Made by a program: the position numbers and the translations under genes. A DNA stretch of 59,483 nt from an uncultured Bacteroidales bacterium (GTDB taxonomy: Bacteria > Bacteroidota > Bacteroidia > Bacteroidales > UBA7960): NCBI GenBank assembly GCA_964589855.1, contig CAZPVB010000003.1, positions 1-59,483 on the forward strand, written 5' to 3'. This document shows positions 9,573 to 21,149 of the stretch, piece by piece (within the stretch, counting starts at the first letter, position 1; every line of letters begins with the position of its first letter). The notes beneath the pieces were generated by a model. The model was given only the letters and a program-made list of their open reading frames with translations, was not told the DNA's origin and did no database searches.

Positions 9573-10694
9573 ATGAGTAAAATTTTAGTTCTTGGAGCAG
9601 GAATGGTCGGAAAAGCAATTGCCATCGATCTTTCTGCCCGCCATGATGTTACCGCCGCCGACATTGATGAAAAGTCGTTGAACTTCCTTAAGGAGAATTA
9701 TCCTGTAAAGGTATCACCCGTCAACCTTATGAATGAAGACATGATCACAGAACTTGTATCTGATTTCGAACTGGTTGTTTCGGCAGTACCAGGTTTTATG
9801 GGTTATGATCTGGTAAAAAACGTGATAGAAGCCGGCAAAAACATTGTGGATATTTCATTTATGCCCGAAGATTATATGGATCTGAATACCCTGGCTGCTA
9901 AAAAAGGGGTTACTGCCATAACCGATTGTGGTGTGGCACCCGGTATGCCAAATCTCATTGCGGGTTATTTGAACGAAAAAATGGATATCCATAGTTTTGA
10001 ATATGTTGTGGGGGGGTTACCGAAAATAAAGATTTATCCGTTTAATTATAAAGCACCCTTCTCTCCTGTAGATGTTGTGGAGGAATACACGCGCCCTGCG
10101 CGTTACACAGAAAAAGGCAGATTGATGACCAAACCAGCCATGAGTGAGCCAGAGTTGATGTTTTTTGACAATGTAGGAACACTCGAAGCTTTTTATACCG
10201 ATGGATTGCGTTCGCTGTTGAAAAACTTATCGCATATTCCGAACATGAAAGAAAAAACATTGCGCTATCCGGGGCATATACAACTGATACAGGCTTTAAA
10301 AACAGCAGGATTTTTTGATAAAGAACCCATCTCTATTAAAAATACCTCCATACGGCCTATTGATTTTACCAGCAGAATATTGATCAACGATTGGCAATTG
10401 AACCCCAATGAAAAAGAGTTTACCGTTATGCGAATTACAGCGCAGGGAGAAATAGATGGGAAAGAAGAATCTATTATTTTTGATTTATACGACGAGTATG
10501 ATGAAAAGTCTAAACTTACATCCATGGCGCGTACAACGGGGTTTACCGCAACTGCTCATGCGGAGTTGATCCTTCAGAATAAGTTTTCAGGCAAAGGTGT
10601 ATTTCCTCCCGAACTCATTGGTATGGACAGCGATAATTTCCATTTTGTAATGGATTACCTGAAAGAGAGAAATGTTATTTATCAGCAAAAATAA
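9573..10694 (+). CDS. Saccharopine dehydrogenase family protein (lysine 6-dehydrogenase-like)
   Basis: Rossmann motif VLGAGMVG; DCGVAPG, VGGLP, EEYTRPA, TDGLRSL, EKTLRYPGH and SMARTTGF. Confidence 0.88.
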   Translation: MSKILVLGAGMVGKAIAIDLSARHDVTAADIDEKSLNFLKENYPVKVSPVNLMNEDMITELVSDFELVVSAVPGFMGYDLVKNVIEAGKNIVDISFMPEDYMDLNTLAAKKGVTAITDCGVAPGMPNLIAGYLNEKMDIHSFEYVVGGLPKIKIYPFNYKAPFSPVDVVEEYTRPARYTEKGRLMTKPAMSEPELMFFDNVGTLEAFYTDGLRSLLKNLSHIPNMKEKTLRYPGHIQLIQALKTAGFFDKEPISIKNTSIRPIDFTSRILINDWQLNPNEKEFTVMRITAQGEIDGKEESIIFDLYDEYDEKSKLTSMARTTGFTATAHAELILQNKFSGKGVFPPELIGMDSDNFHFVMDYLKERNVIYQQK

Positions 10695-10745
10695 AATGGC
10701 ATCTAAAGGAGAAAAGATTAGGTTTTTTATGAATGGAAAAATTAA

Positions 10746-11522
10746 TCAGAAGATCTTTTTCCAGTCAAAATTTTTGTCGCCCAGCGCAATAAAGTAGGGG
10801 TTTTTGACAGATTCCTTATTGTAGGTGAGCGGTTGCCCTGATTCATCCATTACGATTCCTCCGGCAGCTTCTACAACAGCTTGTGCGGCGGCGGTGTCCC
10901 ATTCCATGGTCGGAAGGTCGCGGTAGTAAATATCCGCTTCACCCATTGCCACAAGGCAAAATTTTAATGAGCTTCCCATGCTTTTCAGGGTAGCCTGTGG
11001 GTTTTTATCCAAAAGAGCTTCTAACCCAGGACCCGCATGATCGCGGCTACCGGCAATAATAAGATGCTCTGTGTTGGTTTTGCGTGTTTTTATTGGTTCT
11101 TTTCTGCTTATATCATCACCTTTTAGCATGTATGCTTTTTGATTTTCGGCAAAATAAGAAAGACCTTGTGTGGGAACATGAACAATCCCTGATACAGGTT
11201 TACCTTGTCTGATAAGAGCAATGTTTACAGTAAACTCACCTGATCTTTTAATAAATTCCTTGGTTCCGTCGAGGGGATCGACCAGCCAAAACTCGTCCCA
11301 TTTTTTTCTTTCATCGTAATGAGGTATGTTACCTTCTTCCGAAAGGACAGGTATTTCCGGGTAATTTTCTTTCAACCGCCTATGGATGATCTTATGGGCA
11401 TTGCGGTCTGCCTGTGTTAGTGGAGAATCGTCTGCTTTATAGTTAATATGGGTTTCATTGTTTCTGTAAATATCAAGAATTGCTTCGGAGGCTTCCAGGG
11501 CGATGGAAAGAATTGTTTTCAT
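10746..11522 (-). CDS. cysQ: 3'(2'),5'-bisphosphate nucleotidase CysQ
   Basis: SPLTQAD, LSEE, WLVDPLDGTKEF, GSSLKFC and EWDTAAAQA motifs. ATG 11522 preferred. Confidence 0.95.
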   Translation of the reverse strand: MKTILSIALEASEAILDIYRNNETHINYKADDSPLTQADRNAHKIIHRRLKENYPEIPVLSEEGNIPHYDERKKWDEFWLVDPLDGTKEFIKRSGEFTVNIALIRQGKPVSGIVHVPTQGLSYFAENQKAYMLKGDDISRKEPIKTRKTNTEHLIIAGSRDHAGPGLEALLDKNPQATLKSMGSSLKFCLVAMGEADIYYRDLPTMEWDTAAAQAVVEAAGGIVMDESGQPLTYNKESVKNPYFIALGDKNFDWKKIF

Positions 11523-11582
11523 AAGTTGGGTTTTTTTATTTGGGAATGTGATCTTGTGTATTCTGAAAGACCTTTTTTGCAT

Positions 11583-12413
11583 TTAATTTTCAGTAAGCGA
11601 AGTTAATGGATTTTTCAAACCTGAGTAGTCTGTAATTTCCATTCTCAGACTTCCCACAATAATTTCAGTTTTAGCGGCAATCAGAATTTTATTTTTATCA
11701 TCAGAGACCCATAGGGTCATAGGGTATTCCTGACTGAATACATCACCAATAAGCACTTCGGGTCTGAAGCGCAGTGTATGAAAGCTGCCTTTTTTGGTTT
11801 TAATTTTTTCACGCCCTTCAAACAGGATGCGTGATACGTGTACGCTATCGTTGAGCAGGAATTGAATGTTGTATACATCGCCTACCTTTGCCGTATCAAA
11901 GTTGTAGGTACGCATAAAATAAAGGGAAGAGATAATATCCTGAACATTTTCAGTTGTTTTTACGATCTCATTATCTACAATAGCATAATTATTTTCCTGG
12001 TTGAAATAGATGGTTTGATTTTTCCTGTATTTTGCCTCGCGCAGGTTTTGCCTGAAAAGGATCGGTACAATTGCCTGTTCATCAATAAAAGTTTCATAAC
12101 GATTCATCACCTTGAAAAAGAAACTGAATGCACCTCGTGTATTTCCTTCGGCTTTGATGTGCATTGTTTTGCGGTTTCTTACCATCTCGGGTTTACTTTT
12201 TATGCTTAGGGAAGCATCTCCGGCTTTTACGTTGCCGGTTAGCATGCTGTTGTAAAAAACGCGGTAATGCATTTTCTCACCTTTTTGAAACGCATTGTTT
12301 TCCCACTGGCGATAATCCTGCGCCGAAAGGGGTAAGGATAAAAGGAGAAATAGGGGAAGGGTTGAAACTTTATTCCATCCAACCTTCAAAACAAATAATG
12401 AGATGTTTTTCAT
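11583..12413 (-). CDS. DUF3108 domain-containing exported protein
   Basis: Signal peptide ending SAQ; AFQKGEKMHY, QDIISSLYFMR and LWVSDDKNKI resemble Bacteroidota DUF3108 proteins. Confidence 0.75.
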   Translation of the reverse strand: MKNISLFVLKVGWNKVSTLPLFLLLSLPLSAQDYRQWENNAFQKGEKMHYRVFYNSMLTGNVKAGDASLSIKSKPEMVRNRKTMHIKAEGNTRGAFSFFFKVMNRYETFIDEQAIVPILFRQNLREAKYRKNQTIYFNQENNYAIVDNEIVKTTENVQDIISSLYFMRTYNFDTAKVGDVYNIQFLLNDSVHVSRILFEGREKIKTKKGSFHTLRFRPEVLIGDVFSQEYPMTLWVSDDKNKILIAAKTEIIVGSLRMEITDYSGLKNPLTSLTEN

Positions 12414-12536
12414 AGTTTTATGATATAAACGAAAAAATCAGGGTTTCATTTTTCGTTGTTTTCAATCATAAAACAAAAAATATTCCAAAGGTTTGTTCAA
12501 ACTATTTTCCGGGATTGAGAAAAAATATTGATATAC

Positions 12537-15299
12537 TCAAACAACCACGTTTACAATCCTTCCGGGTACTACAATTACTTTTTTAGGGGTTTTGCCCTGC
12601 AACCACTTTTCTGCTTCCTTCATGGTTAATACGGTTTTTTCTATTTCTTTTGGTGATGCATCTGCAGGCAAATCAACTTTGAAACGTGTTTTGCCATTAA
12701 ATGAAACCGGATATTGAATGGTGTTTTCTGCAATGTATTCCTCTTTCCAGGCAGGAAAAGAGGCATTGACAACGCTTGATGTATTTCCCAACAGATGCCA
12801 TAATTCTTCTGCAAGGTGTGGTGCAAAGGATGAGATGAGGATGGCAAGGGGGGAGAGTATACTCCGTTTGTTGCACCTCATGTCCGACAAATCATTTACA
12901 CAGATCATAAATGAACTTACCCCGGTATTAAATGAAAAGCGTTCGATATCTTCCTCTACCTTTTTGATGGTTTTATGCAGTACTTTCAACTCTTCCGGAG
13001 TGGGTTTCTGATCAGATATATCGGGTTCATTTTGCTCGTTATGGAAAAGGCGCCAGAGTTTTCTGATGAATCTGAAAACTCCTTCGATACCCTTTGTATC
13101 CCAGGGTTTGGCGTATTCCAGAGGGCCGAGAAACATTTCATAAAGGCGGAGTGTGTCGGCGCCATATTTTTCAATCAGATCGTCGGGGTTTACTACATTA
13201 TGGAATGATTTCGACATTTTCTCCACTTCCCATCCACAAATATATTTCCCCTCTTCGAGCATAAATTCAGCATCTTTGTATTCGGGGTTCCATTTTTTGA
13301 AAGCATCGATATCCAGAAGGTCATTGTCTACAATATTTACATCTACATGAATGGGCATAGTATCATATTCTTTTCTCAGATTGTAAGAAACGAATTTTTG
13401 TGTTCCTTTGATTCGGTAAACAAAATTAGACCTTCCTTGTATCATCCCCTGGTTGATGAGTTTTTTAAAGGGTTCTTGTTTTTTGCTTACTCCGATGTCA
13501 CAGAGGAATTTGTTCCAGAACCTTGAATAGATAAGGTGTCCTGTGGCATGTTCTGCACCTCCGATATAAAGATCAACATCCTGCCAGTAGTTGATTGCTT
13601 TTTCAGAAACGAGTTGTGTCTGGTTATGAGGGTCCATATACCTGATGTAATAGGCACTTGATCCGGCAAAACCTGGCATGGTGTTGGTTTCCAGCGGATA
13701 TCCCTGTTCTGTTTGCCAGTTTTTTGCCCTGGCCAGCGGGGGTTCGCCTGATTCTGTGGGCAGATATTTATCTACCTCCGGTAGTTCCAGGGGTAACTTT
13801 TCTTCCGGCAACATATAGGGTACTCCCTCTTTGTAATAAACCGGAAATGGTTCACCCCAGTATCTTTGTCTGCTGAAAATGGCATCGCGCAGGCGGAAAT
13901 TTATTTTCTTTTCTCCAATGCCTTTCTCTTCCAGTTTGGCGATGGCAGTCTGAATGGCATGAGGAACATCCAGGGAGTTTAAAAAGTCAGAATTGATCAG
14001 TTTACCTTCTTTGGCATCATAAGATTCTTCCTCAATATTTCCACCTTCTACCACTTCAACGATGGGTAGGTTAAAATGCCTGGCAAAATTATAGTCGCGG
14101 CTATCGTGCGCCGGCACTGCCATAATGGCTCCGGTTCCATATCCGGCAAGTACATAATCTGCAATAAAAACAGGTATTGATTCACCAGAGAACGGGTGTT
14201 CACAATACCCTCCGGTAAACTGCCCGCTCACGGTTTTCACTTCTGCCATGCGTTCGCGTTCCGATTTGGTTTTGGCCATTTTTATGTACTCATTTACTTT
14301 ATCTCTGAATGGCTCAGTGGTAATTTTATCAACGGCTTCGTGCTCCGGGGCAATAACCATAAAAGTAGCGCCAAAAATGGTGTCGGGGCGTGTAGTAAAA
14401 ACTTCCAGGGATCCTTCATGATCTTTCAGGGAGAAAAAGATTGTAGCGCCTTCAGACCTTCCGATCCAGTTTTTTTGAATTTCTTTCAATGATTCACTCC
14501 AGTCAACGCTATCCAGCCCTTGTAAAAGTCTTTCGGCATAGGCGGTGATGCGCAAAAACCATTGTTTCATTTTTTTTCTTTCTACCGGATGTCCCCCTCT
14601 CACCGAAAAACCTTCTTTCACCTCGTCGTTTGCCAGCACTGTACCGAGTGCGGGGCACCAATTTACCATAGTATCTGCGAGATATGCCAGCCGGTAGTTC
14701 ATCAATATCTGCTGTTGTTGTTTTTCGTTCATTTTTTGCCAGTCGCTGGCAGAAAAAGGGTTTGTTTGGTCGCATGCCACATCCAGGCCTTTATTTCCTT
14801 GTTTTTCGAACGTTGATATCAGTTCGGCAATGGGTTTTGCTTTCTGGGTGGTGTTGTCGAAATAATGGGTAAAGAGTTGAATAAATGTCCACTGTGTCCA
14901 TTTATAGTATTTCGGATCACAAGTGCGGACCTCGCGGCTCCAATCGAAAGAGAACCCGATTTTGTCTAATTGTTCGCGGTATCTTTTGATGTTTTTTTCG
15001 GTAGTAATGGCTGGGTGTTGTCCTGTTTGAATGGCATATTGTTCGGCAGGAAGACCATAGGCATCATAACCCATTGGATGCAACACGTTAAAACCTTTTT
15101 GCCTTTTGTACCGGGTGTAGATATCAGAGGCGATGTACCCCAGAGGATGACCTACATGAAGGCCGGCGCCAGAGGGATAAGGAAACATATCCAGCACATA
15201 GTATTTTGGGCGAGATGGGTCTGTTTCTGTTTTATACGTTTGATTTTCGATCCAGTATTTTTGCCACTTGGGCTCAATTTCGTTAAAATTATATTCCAT
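12537..15299 (-). CDS. leuS: Leucine--tRNA ligase
   Basis: [14 protein letters not shown] (HIGH), editing domain FTTRPDT and KMSKS. ATG 15299 preferred. Confidence 0.98.
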   Translation of the reverse strand: MEYNFNEIEPKWQKYWIENQTYKTETDPSRPKYYVLDMFPYPSGAGLHVGHPLGYIASDIYTRYKRQKGFNVLHPMGYDAYGLPAEQYAIQTGQHPAITTEKNIKRYREQLDKIGFSFDWSREVRTCDPKYYKWTQWTFIQLFTHYFDNTTQKAKPIAELISTFEKQGNKGLDVACDQTNPFSASDWQKMNEKQQQQILMNYRLAYLADTMVNWCPALGTVLANDEVKEGFSVRGGHPVERKKMKQWFLRITAYAERLLQGLDSVDWSESLKEIQKNWIGRSEGATIFFSLKDHEGSLEVFTTRPDTIFGATFMVIAPEHEAVDKITTEPFRDKVNEYIKMAKTKSERERMAEVKTVSGQFTGGYCEHPFSGESIPVFIADYVLAGYGTGAIMAVPAHDSRDYNFARHFNLPIVEVVEGGNIEEESYDAKEGKLINSDFLNSLDVPHAIQTAIAKLEEKGIGEKKINFRLRDAIFSRQRYWGEPFPVYYKEGVPYMLPEEKLPLELPEVDKYLPTESGEPPLARAKNWQTEQGYPLETNTMPGFAGSSAYYIRYMDPHNQTQLVSEKAINYWQDVDLYIGGAEHATGHLIYSRFWNKFLCDIGVSKKQEPFKKLINQGMIQGRSNFVYRIKGTQKFVSYNLRKEYDTMPIHVDVNIVDNDLLDIDAFKKWNPEYKDAEFMLEEGKYICGWEVEKMSKSFHNVVNPDDLIEKYGADTLRLYEMFLGPLEYAKPWDTKGIEGVFRFIRKLWRLFHNEQNEPDISDQKPTPEELKVLHKTIKKVEEDIERFSFNTGVSSFMICVNDLSDMRCNKRSILSPLAILISSFAPHLAEELWHLLGNTSSVVNASFPAWKEEYIAENTIQYPVSFNGKTRFKVDLPADASPKEIEKTVLTMKEAEKWLQGKTPKKVIVVPGRIVNVVV

Positions 15300-15598
15300 T
15301 TTGCAGATTTGATATTTGATTTTTCGATTTGCGAAATTAGTAAATGTATGGCAGATAACCTTCAACAGAGCGTATGTTTATAAAATATAAATAGTGTCAG
15401 CAAGAAAACGCTTACTTTTTGTGTCTTTGATAAGAAATCGTCAAAGACAAAGCTTTCGAATTTTAAAAGGTAGTTCTGTAGCATGAAGGATATTTGGGCG
15501 TAGATTTTATGTTTGGGTATTAAAAAATTATGTTTACAAATAAATTTTTGTTAGGTTTGCCTTTGCAATAGTGCAAAAGAAAAGAAAAATAGTTTTTT

Positions 15599-16042
15599 AT
15601 GATCAATGCAGAAATACATACCGAAAAAGGTTTGATGAAAGTAAATTTTTATGAAAAAGATGCACCTAAAACGGTAAAGAACTTTGTAGACCTGTCGCGA
15701 AAAGGGTTTTACGATGGATTGACATTTCATCGTGTGATTCCGGATTTTGTTGTTCAGGGTGGATGTCCTTACGGAACAGGTTCTGGTGGTCCGGGTTACA
15801 CAATTCCCTGTGAGCTAGAAGGAGGCAATCAATACCACGACCGGGGTGTTCTTTCTATGGCCCATGCCGGAAGAGACACAGGTGGTTCACAGTTTTTTAT
15901 TTGCCACAGCCGGCAAAACACACAACACCTTGACCGCAAACACACCTGCTTTGGTAAGGTATATGAAGGGTTGGAAGTGATTGATCAGATTGAGCAGGGA
16001 GATAAAATTGAGAAGATCATCATTACAGAAAATGAGGATTAA
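15599..16042 (+). CDS. Cyclophilin-type peptidyl-prolyl cis-trans isomerase
   Basis: [19 protein letters not shown] and [25 protein letters not shown] -7 box at 15552-15559. Confidence 0.95.
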   Translation: MINAEIHTEKGLMKVNFYEKDAPKTVKNFVDLSRKGFYDGLTFHRVIPDFVVQGGCPYGTGSGGPGYTIPCELEGGNQYHDRGVLSMAHAGRDTGGSQFFICHSRQNTQHLDRKHTCFGKVYEGLEVIDQIEQGDKIEKIIITENED

Positions 16043-16045
16043 ATT

Positions 16046-16261
16046 ATGCAGCAGATCAGATTTCCTTTGAATGGTGATTTTATAGAATTATTTAAACTGC
16101 TTAAAATTCTCAACATAAGCAGTACAGGAGGCGAGGCAAAAATAATGATAGATCAGGGTTTAATAAAAGTAAATGATAAAGTCGACACCCGTAAAAGGGC
16201 AAAAATAAAACCCGGTGATATTGTTATAGCTGGAGATACGCAAATATATGTGGAACCTTGA
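16046..16261 (+). CDS. S4-like RNA-binding protein (YaaA/YbcJ family)
   Basis: FIELFKLLK...STGGEAK...VKVN-like segment...RKRAKIKPGD. Confidence 0.88.
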   Translation: MQQIRFPLNGDFIELFKLLKILNISSTGGEAKIMIDQGLIKVNDKVDTRKRAKIKPGDIVIAGDTQIYVEP

Positions 16262-16373
16262 ATGATATTTGGGTGCAATCAAAGAACACCTGTTTTTGCT
16301 CAGATGTTTGAATGATTTGGGCAGGATGCTTCATAAAATATCCCCTTCGGATAAAATAAAAATTTGGAATCAT

Positions 16374-16407
16374 AAAAAAACCCGGTGCATAAGCAACCGG
16401 GTTTTTT
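16374..16407. terminator. Bidirectional intrinsic terminator between the S4 gene and groEL
   Basis: A7-CCCGGT-loop-ACCGGG-T6. Confidence 0.85.
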
Positions 16408-16443
16408 CTTTGAGAGAAATATGATGTTCGGTAAGATGGGTTT

Positions 16444-18096
<1,653 letters not shown>

Positions 18097-18137
18097 TTAT
18101 TTAAATATTAATAATTGTTTTGTTCTTTTGTTTTGAT

Positions 18138-18419
18138 TTATCCCAAAATGGCGTAAATATCTGATTCACGCATGATGAGATAGTCGTTTCCGTCAATGTT
18201 GATCTCAGTACCAGAATATTTTCCATACAATACCGAGTTACCTTCTTTTACCTGGAGGGGTTCGTCTTTGGTTCCCGGACCCACTGCCACAACAGTTCCT
18301 TTTTGTGGTTTTTCTTTGGCAGTGTCAGGAATAATAATCCCACCGGATGTTTTTTCTTCTGCGGGAGCAGGCTCTACCAATACGCGATCTGCTAAAGGTT
18401 TAATACTTATGTTTGCCAT
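18138..18419 (-). CDS. groS: Co-chaperonin GroES
   Basis: [10 protein letters not shown] and [19 protein letters not shown] 18419 preferred. Confidence 0.98.
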   Translation of the reverse strand: MANISIKPLADRVLVEPAPAEEKTSGGIIIPDTAKEKPQKGTVVAVGPGTKDEPLQVKEGNSVLYGKYSGTEINIDGNDYLIMRESDIYAILG

Positions 18420-18508
18420 TTTACTCAATTTTAATTTGTTAAACAATAATTTTAAAGATTAAAGAAAGTATATTATTTTTCTTTGTTTTTTCAAACCACC
18501 TGGCATTA

Positions 18509-18525
18509 GTCATTTTTTGTGCCAA
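18509..18525 (-). promoter_or_regulatory. Putative sigma-54 (-24/-12) promoter of groES-groEL
   Basis: Minus strand reads TTGGCAC-AAAAAA-TGAC: a perfect -24 box, GG-N10-GA spacing and a variant -12. Confidence 0.5.
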
Positions 18526-18576
18526 AGCGAAAAAAAACCTTTTCCATGTCATTTTTGTAGTTTATGGCATGGCTAT

Positions 18577-18613
18577 AAAAAAAAAGTGTCAGACTGAATG
18601 ACAATCTGACACT
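18577..18613 (-). terminator. Intrinsic terminator after secG (overlaps TGACA boxes)
   Basis: 9-bp stem AGTGTCAGA/TCTGACACT followed by a T run on the minus strand. Confidence 0.6.
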
Positions 18614-18661
18614 GGTGATATAGTTTTCCAAAAGTAGGCGAGGAAAAGAAAAAGAAGCGAT

Positions 18662-19033
18662 TTACTGCTCTTCTTCCAGATCGGGAATTTCGGGTACTTC
18701 TTCCGATTGTGGTTGCTGTGTCTCTGGTGCGTCGCCAAAGTCGGGAGCCGGAGTCATGGGTATTCTGTCTCTTACTTCGCTTTGGGGTGTTTCTGCAACC
18801 TGTCCTCTGGGTATTACAAAAGTAGAGGTAAGGGTTAAAAACAAAAGTACAATGGCTAGTGTCCAGGTAGCTTTTTCTAAAAAGTCAGTTGTTTTTCTTA
18901 CGCCCATAATTTGATTGTTAGAGGCGAAATTGGATGCCAGTCCGCCACCTTTAGAGTTCTGAACCAGTACAATAAGTACTAATAAAATACAGGTTATCAG
19001 GATCAGAACAGATAATAATACATATAATCCCAT
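18662..19033 (-). CDS. secG: Preprotein translocase subunit SecG
   Basis: LIVLVQNSKGGGL...FLEKATWTLA; two TM helices. Confidence 0.95.
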   Translation of the reverse strand: MGLYVLLSVLILITCILLVLIVLVQNSKGGGLASNFASNNQIMGVRKTTDFLEKATWTLAIVLLFLTLTSTFVIPRGQVAETPQSEVRDRIPMTPAPDFGDAPETQQPQSEEVPEIPDLEEEQ

Positions 19034-19046
19034 TATTTTTTCTATT

Positions 19047-20426
19047 TTAAGAATTTAGTTCGTTTTTTATTTCAATGATTTTTTTTGCAAAGTAACTGCT
19101 TTTTTGCGGAAATTTCAAACATAATTTTTCATATATATCCAGCGCCTTTTTTTTATTTCCTTGTTTCAGGTATACATTCGCGAGGGTTTCTGTGGCTAGT
19201 TGAGGATCTTCACTGGTACTGGGGGCAGAAAGATCTTCTTGCCCGTCGGGGAGATCTTTCTGCACTTTAATCCTTGGTTCTTCTTTTAAAAACTTGTCGA
19301 TGAGTTCATTAATGTCAGGTTTTTTTCTGTGTAAACCTTTCACCCGTTCAAATGATGTTTCCGGGGAATGTATTTTCTTCTCAACAGTTTCTTTGTGAAT
19401 ATCTTGTTCAATTGTCTGATCAATTTCTGTTGTTTTTATCTCTTTGTTTGATTCTTCTGTATCGATTTCAGTTTTCTTGTTCTCTTTTTTTTGTTTTTCA
19501 ATTTCGTTGAAAGATTCTGGAGTACCTTCTTTTATAAAATCATGATCGGTTTTTTCTTTCGTATCTTCAGGTTCGCCAATATGTTGTTCTTTAGACTTCT
19601 CTTGAGAAACTTCCGGAGATGTATTATTCTCTCCAGGAAGTTCTGTTGTTTCTTTTTTAGCATCAGGTGAGGCCTGGGTTGTCTCTTCTCTGACTACATT
19701 TGTTTGTTCTTCTTTCTTTTGGGCAATTCCTTGTTCAGGGGATTCCGAAAATTCCTGCAGGTCATCAGTTTTTTTCTCTTCTTTTGTGTTTTCAGCAAAC
19801 GCTCGCTGGTATTTTTTATATCTTTCAGGAGCAAAAGAGAAAGGTTTATCACTTTGTTGAAGTTGATCCCAGTCAACCTCAAAAGTTAATTCATTTGCTG
19901 GAATGTTCTCCCTTCTCCCTATATTCTCTGTTTTATCGGGTATATCCGTTAAAGGGGTTTCTTGTTTTTGTTCTGTGAGATCATTAAACACCCCTTTTTC
20001 GTTTTGTTTTGGTTCTTTGGGTTCGGTTTGTTTTCTTTCGCTAATGTCTCTTAATCGTTTTCTTACAATTTCCAGCAGCGATTGCTTGTGCTCTTTTCCT
20101 ATGTTTTCAGGTTTGGTCTGTTTTTTTTGATCCTGGTCGGCAACTTGCGAAAGAATTAGATTTTCAGCGATTTTAGCAGATTGGTTCTTGTCTTTTTCGG
20201 AGATGTAGCGTTGGAATTTTCTTCTATCAATACTATAAGCAGAGGCTTTGTTTACTTGTTTTTCGAATTCTAATTTGTCAAATTCCTGAATATTTTTTGC
20301 CAACAAAACCTGAACACTTTGGGAATAAGGATATTGATCACTGATTTTTTGTAAAAAATCCAGTGTGTTTTTATCCAGTTGGTAAGGATTTGTAATAATT
20401 TCCAGAAACTTTTGTTGATCCTGCAT
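19047..20426 (-). CDS. Conserved hypothetical protein with C-terminal TPR-like motif and long acidic low-complexity middle
   Basis: N-terminal YPYSQ and C-terminal LIDKF...TETLANVYLKQG..KKALDIYEKLCLKFPQKSSYFA, typical of the gene between lptE and secG in Bacteroidota. Confidence 0.75.
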   Translation of the reverse strand: MQDQQKFLEIITNPYQLDKNTLDFLQKISDQYPYSQSVQVLLAKNIQEFDKLEFEKQVNKASAYSIDRRKFQRYISEKDKNQSAKIAENLILSQVADQDQKKQTKPENIGKEHKQSLLEIVRKRLRDISERKQTEPKEPKQNEKGVFNDLTEQKQETPLTDIPDKTENIGRRENIPANELTFEVDWDQLQQSDKPFSFAPERYKKYQRAFAENTKEEKKTDDLQEFSESPEQGIAQKKEEQTNVVREETTQASPDAKKETTELPGENNTSPEVSQEKSKEQHIGEPEDTKEKTDHDFIKEGTPESFNEIEKQKKENKKTEIDTEESNKEIKTTEIDQTIEQDIHKETVEKKIHSPETSFERVKGLHRKKPDINELIDKFLKEEPRIKVQKDLPDGQEDLSAPSTSEDPQLATETLANVYLKQGNKKKALDIYEKLCLKFPQKSSYFAKKIIEIKNELNS

Positions 20427-20437
20427 AAGAAATTAGG

Positions 20438-20944
20438 TTACCAGTTTACCACCGCTTTGTTAAAAATATCTTCTACCAAAGCTTCTGTAATATCTTCAAT
20501 GGCTTGTGCTTCTACTTCGGCAAGGCTTCGTTGGCTATCATAGTCGTAAAACCGGGAAAAAGATTGTTCGAAATTACTTTCGGGTTCGTATTCGTTATAA
20601 AAATTTACTCTCACCGTTATGGTGAGTCTGTTTTGTGCAGCCTGGTCATCTGCACCAATTGACTGAGGTCTTACATTGTATCCGGTAATGCTGCCTTCAA
20701 AATGAAGATCGCCTGTTGTATTGTCAAGTTGTAGGTTAGTTTGTCGTGAAAGTTGATCTTTAAGTGCATCAGTAATGATTTGGCTGAGAGTGGGTTGAAC
20801 CAGGGGTGCGTTGTTTTGAAAATAATCTACAGAAAAAGTTTCGGCTTCCACAGGTATGGAAGCGCCGGTAAAGGAGTATACCCCACATCGGGAAAGCAGG
20901 AAAAGAGAGAGAATGCTGAAAATCAGCAATGTTATTTTTGGCAT
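20438..20944 (-). CDS. lptE: LptE family lipoprotein
   Basis: Lipoprotein Cys (SRC-GVYSFTGASI), NRLTITVRV and IFNKAVVNW. ATG 20944 preferred. Confidence 0.85.
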   Translation of the reverse strand: MPKITLLIFSILSLFLLSRCGVYSFTGASIPVEAETFSVDYFQNNAPLVQPTLSQIITDALKDQLSRQTNLQLDNTTGDLHFEGSITGYNVRPQSIGADDQAAQNRLTITVRVNFYNEYEPESNFEQSFSRFYDYDSQRSLAEVEAQAIEDITEALVEDIFNKAVVNW

Positions 20945-21149
20945 TTTTGTTTTATCTTTTCTAACTATAAAAACAGGATTGTTATTGCTCTGCAAATAGG
21001 AACTTATCACTATAAAAATTTCTTTCAGGTTTTTCTATTCACAAAAAATATACCTTGATACAAAGAAAAATATGGATTGCCTGTTATTTGTCTTACGAAA
21101 AACCACCGTTAAGGTTGGGTCCATTTGTTTTTTCTGAAATATTTTTTCA

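Noticed and set aside
18420..18660. CIRCE/HrcA operator upstream of groES
   Set aside because: No TTAGCACTC-N9-GAGTGCTAA found.
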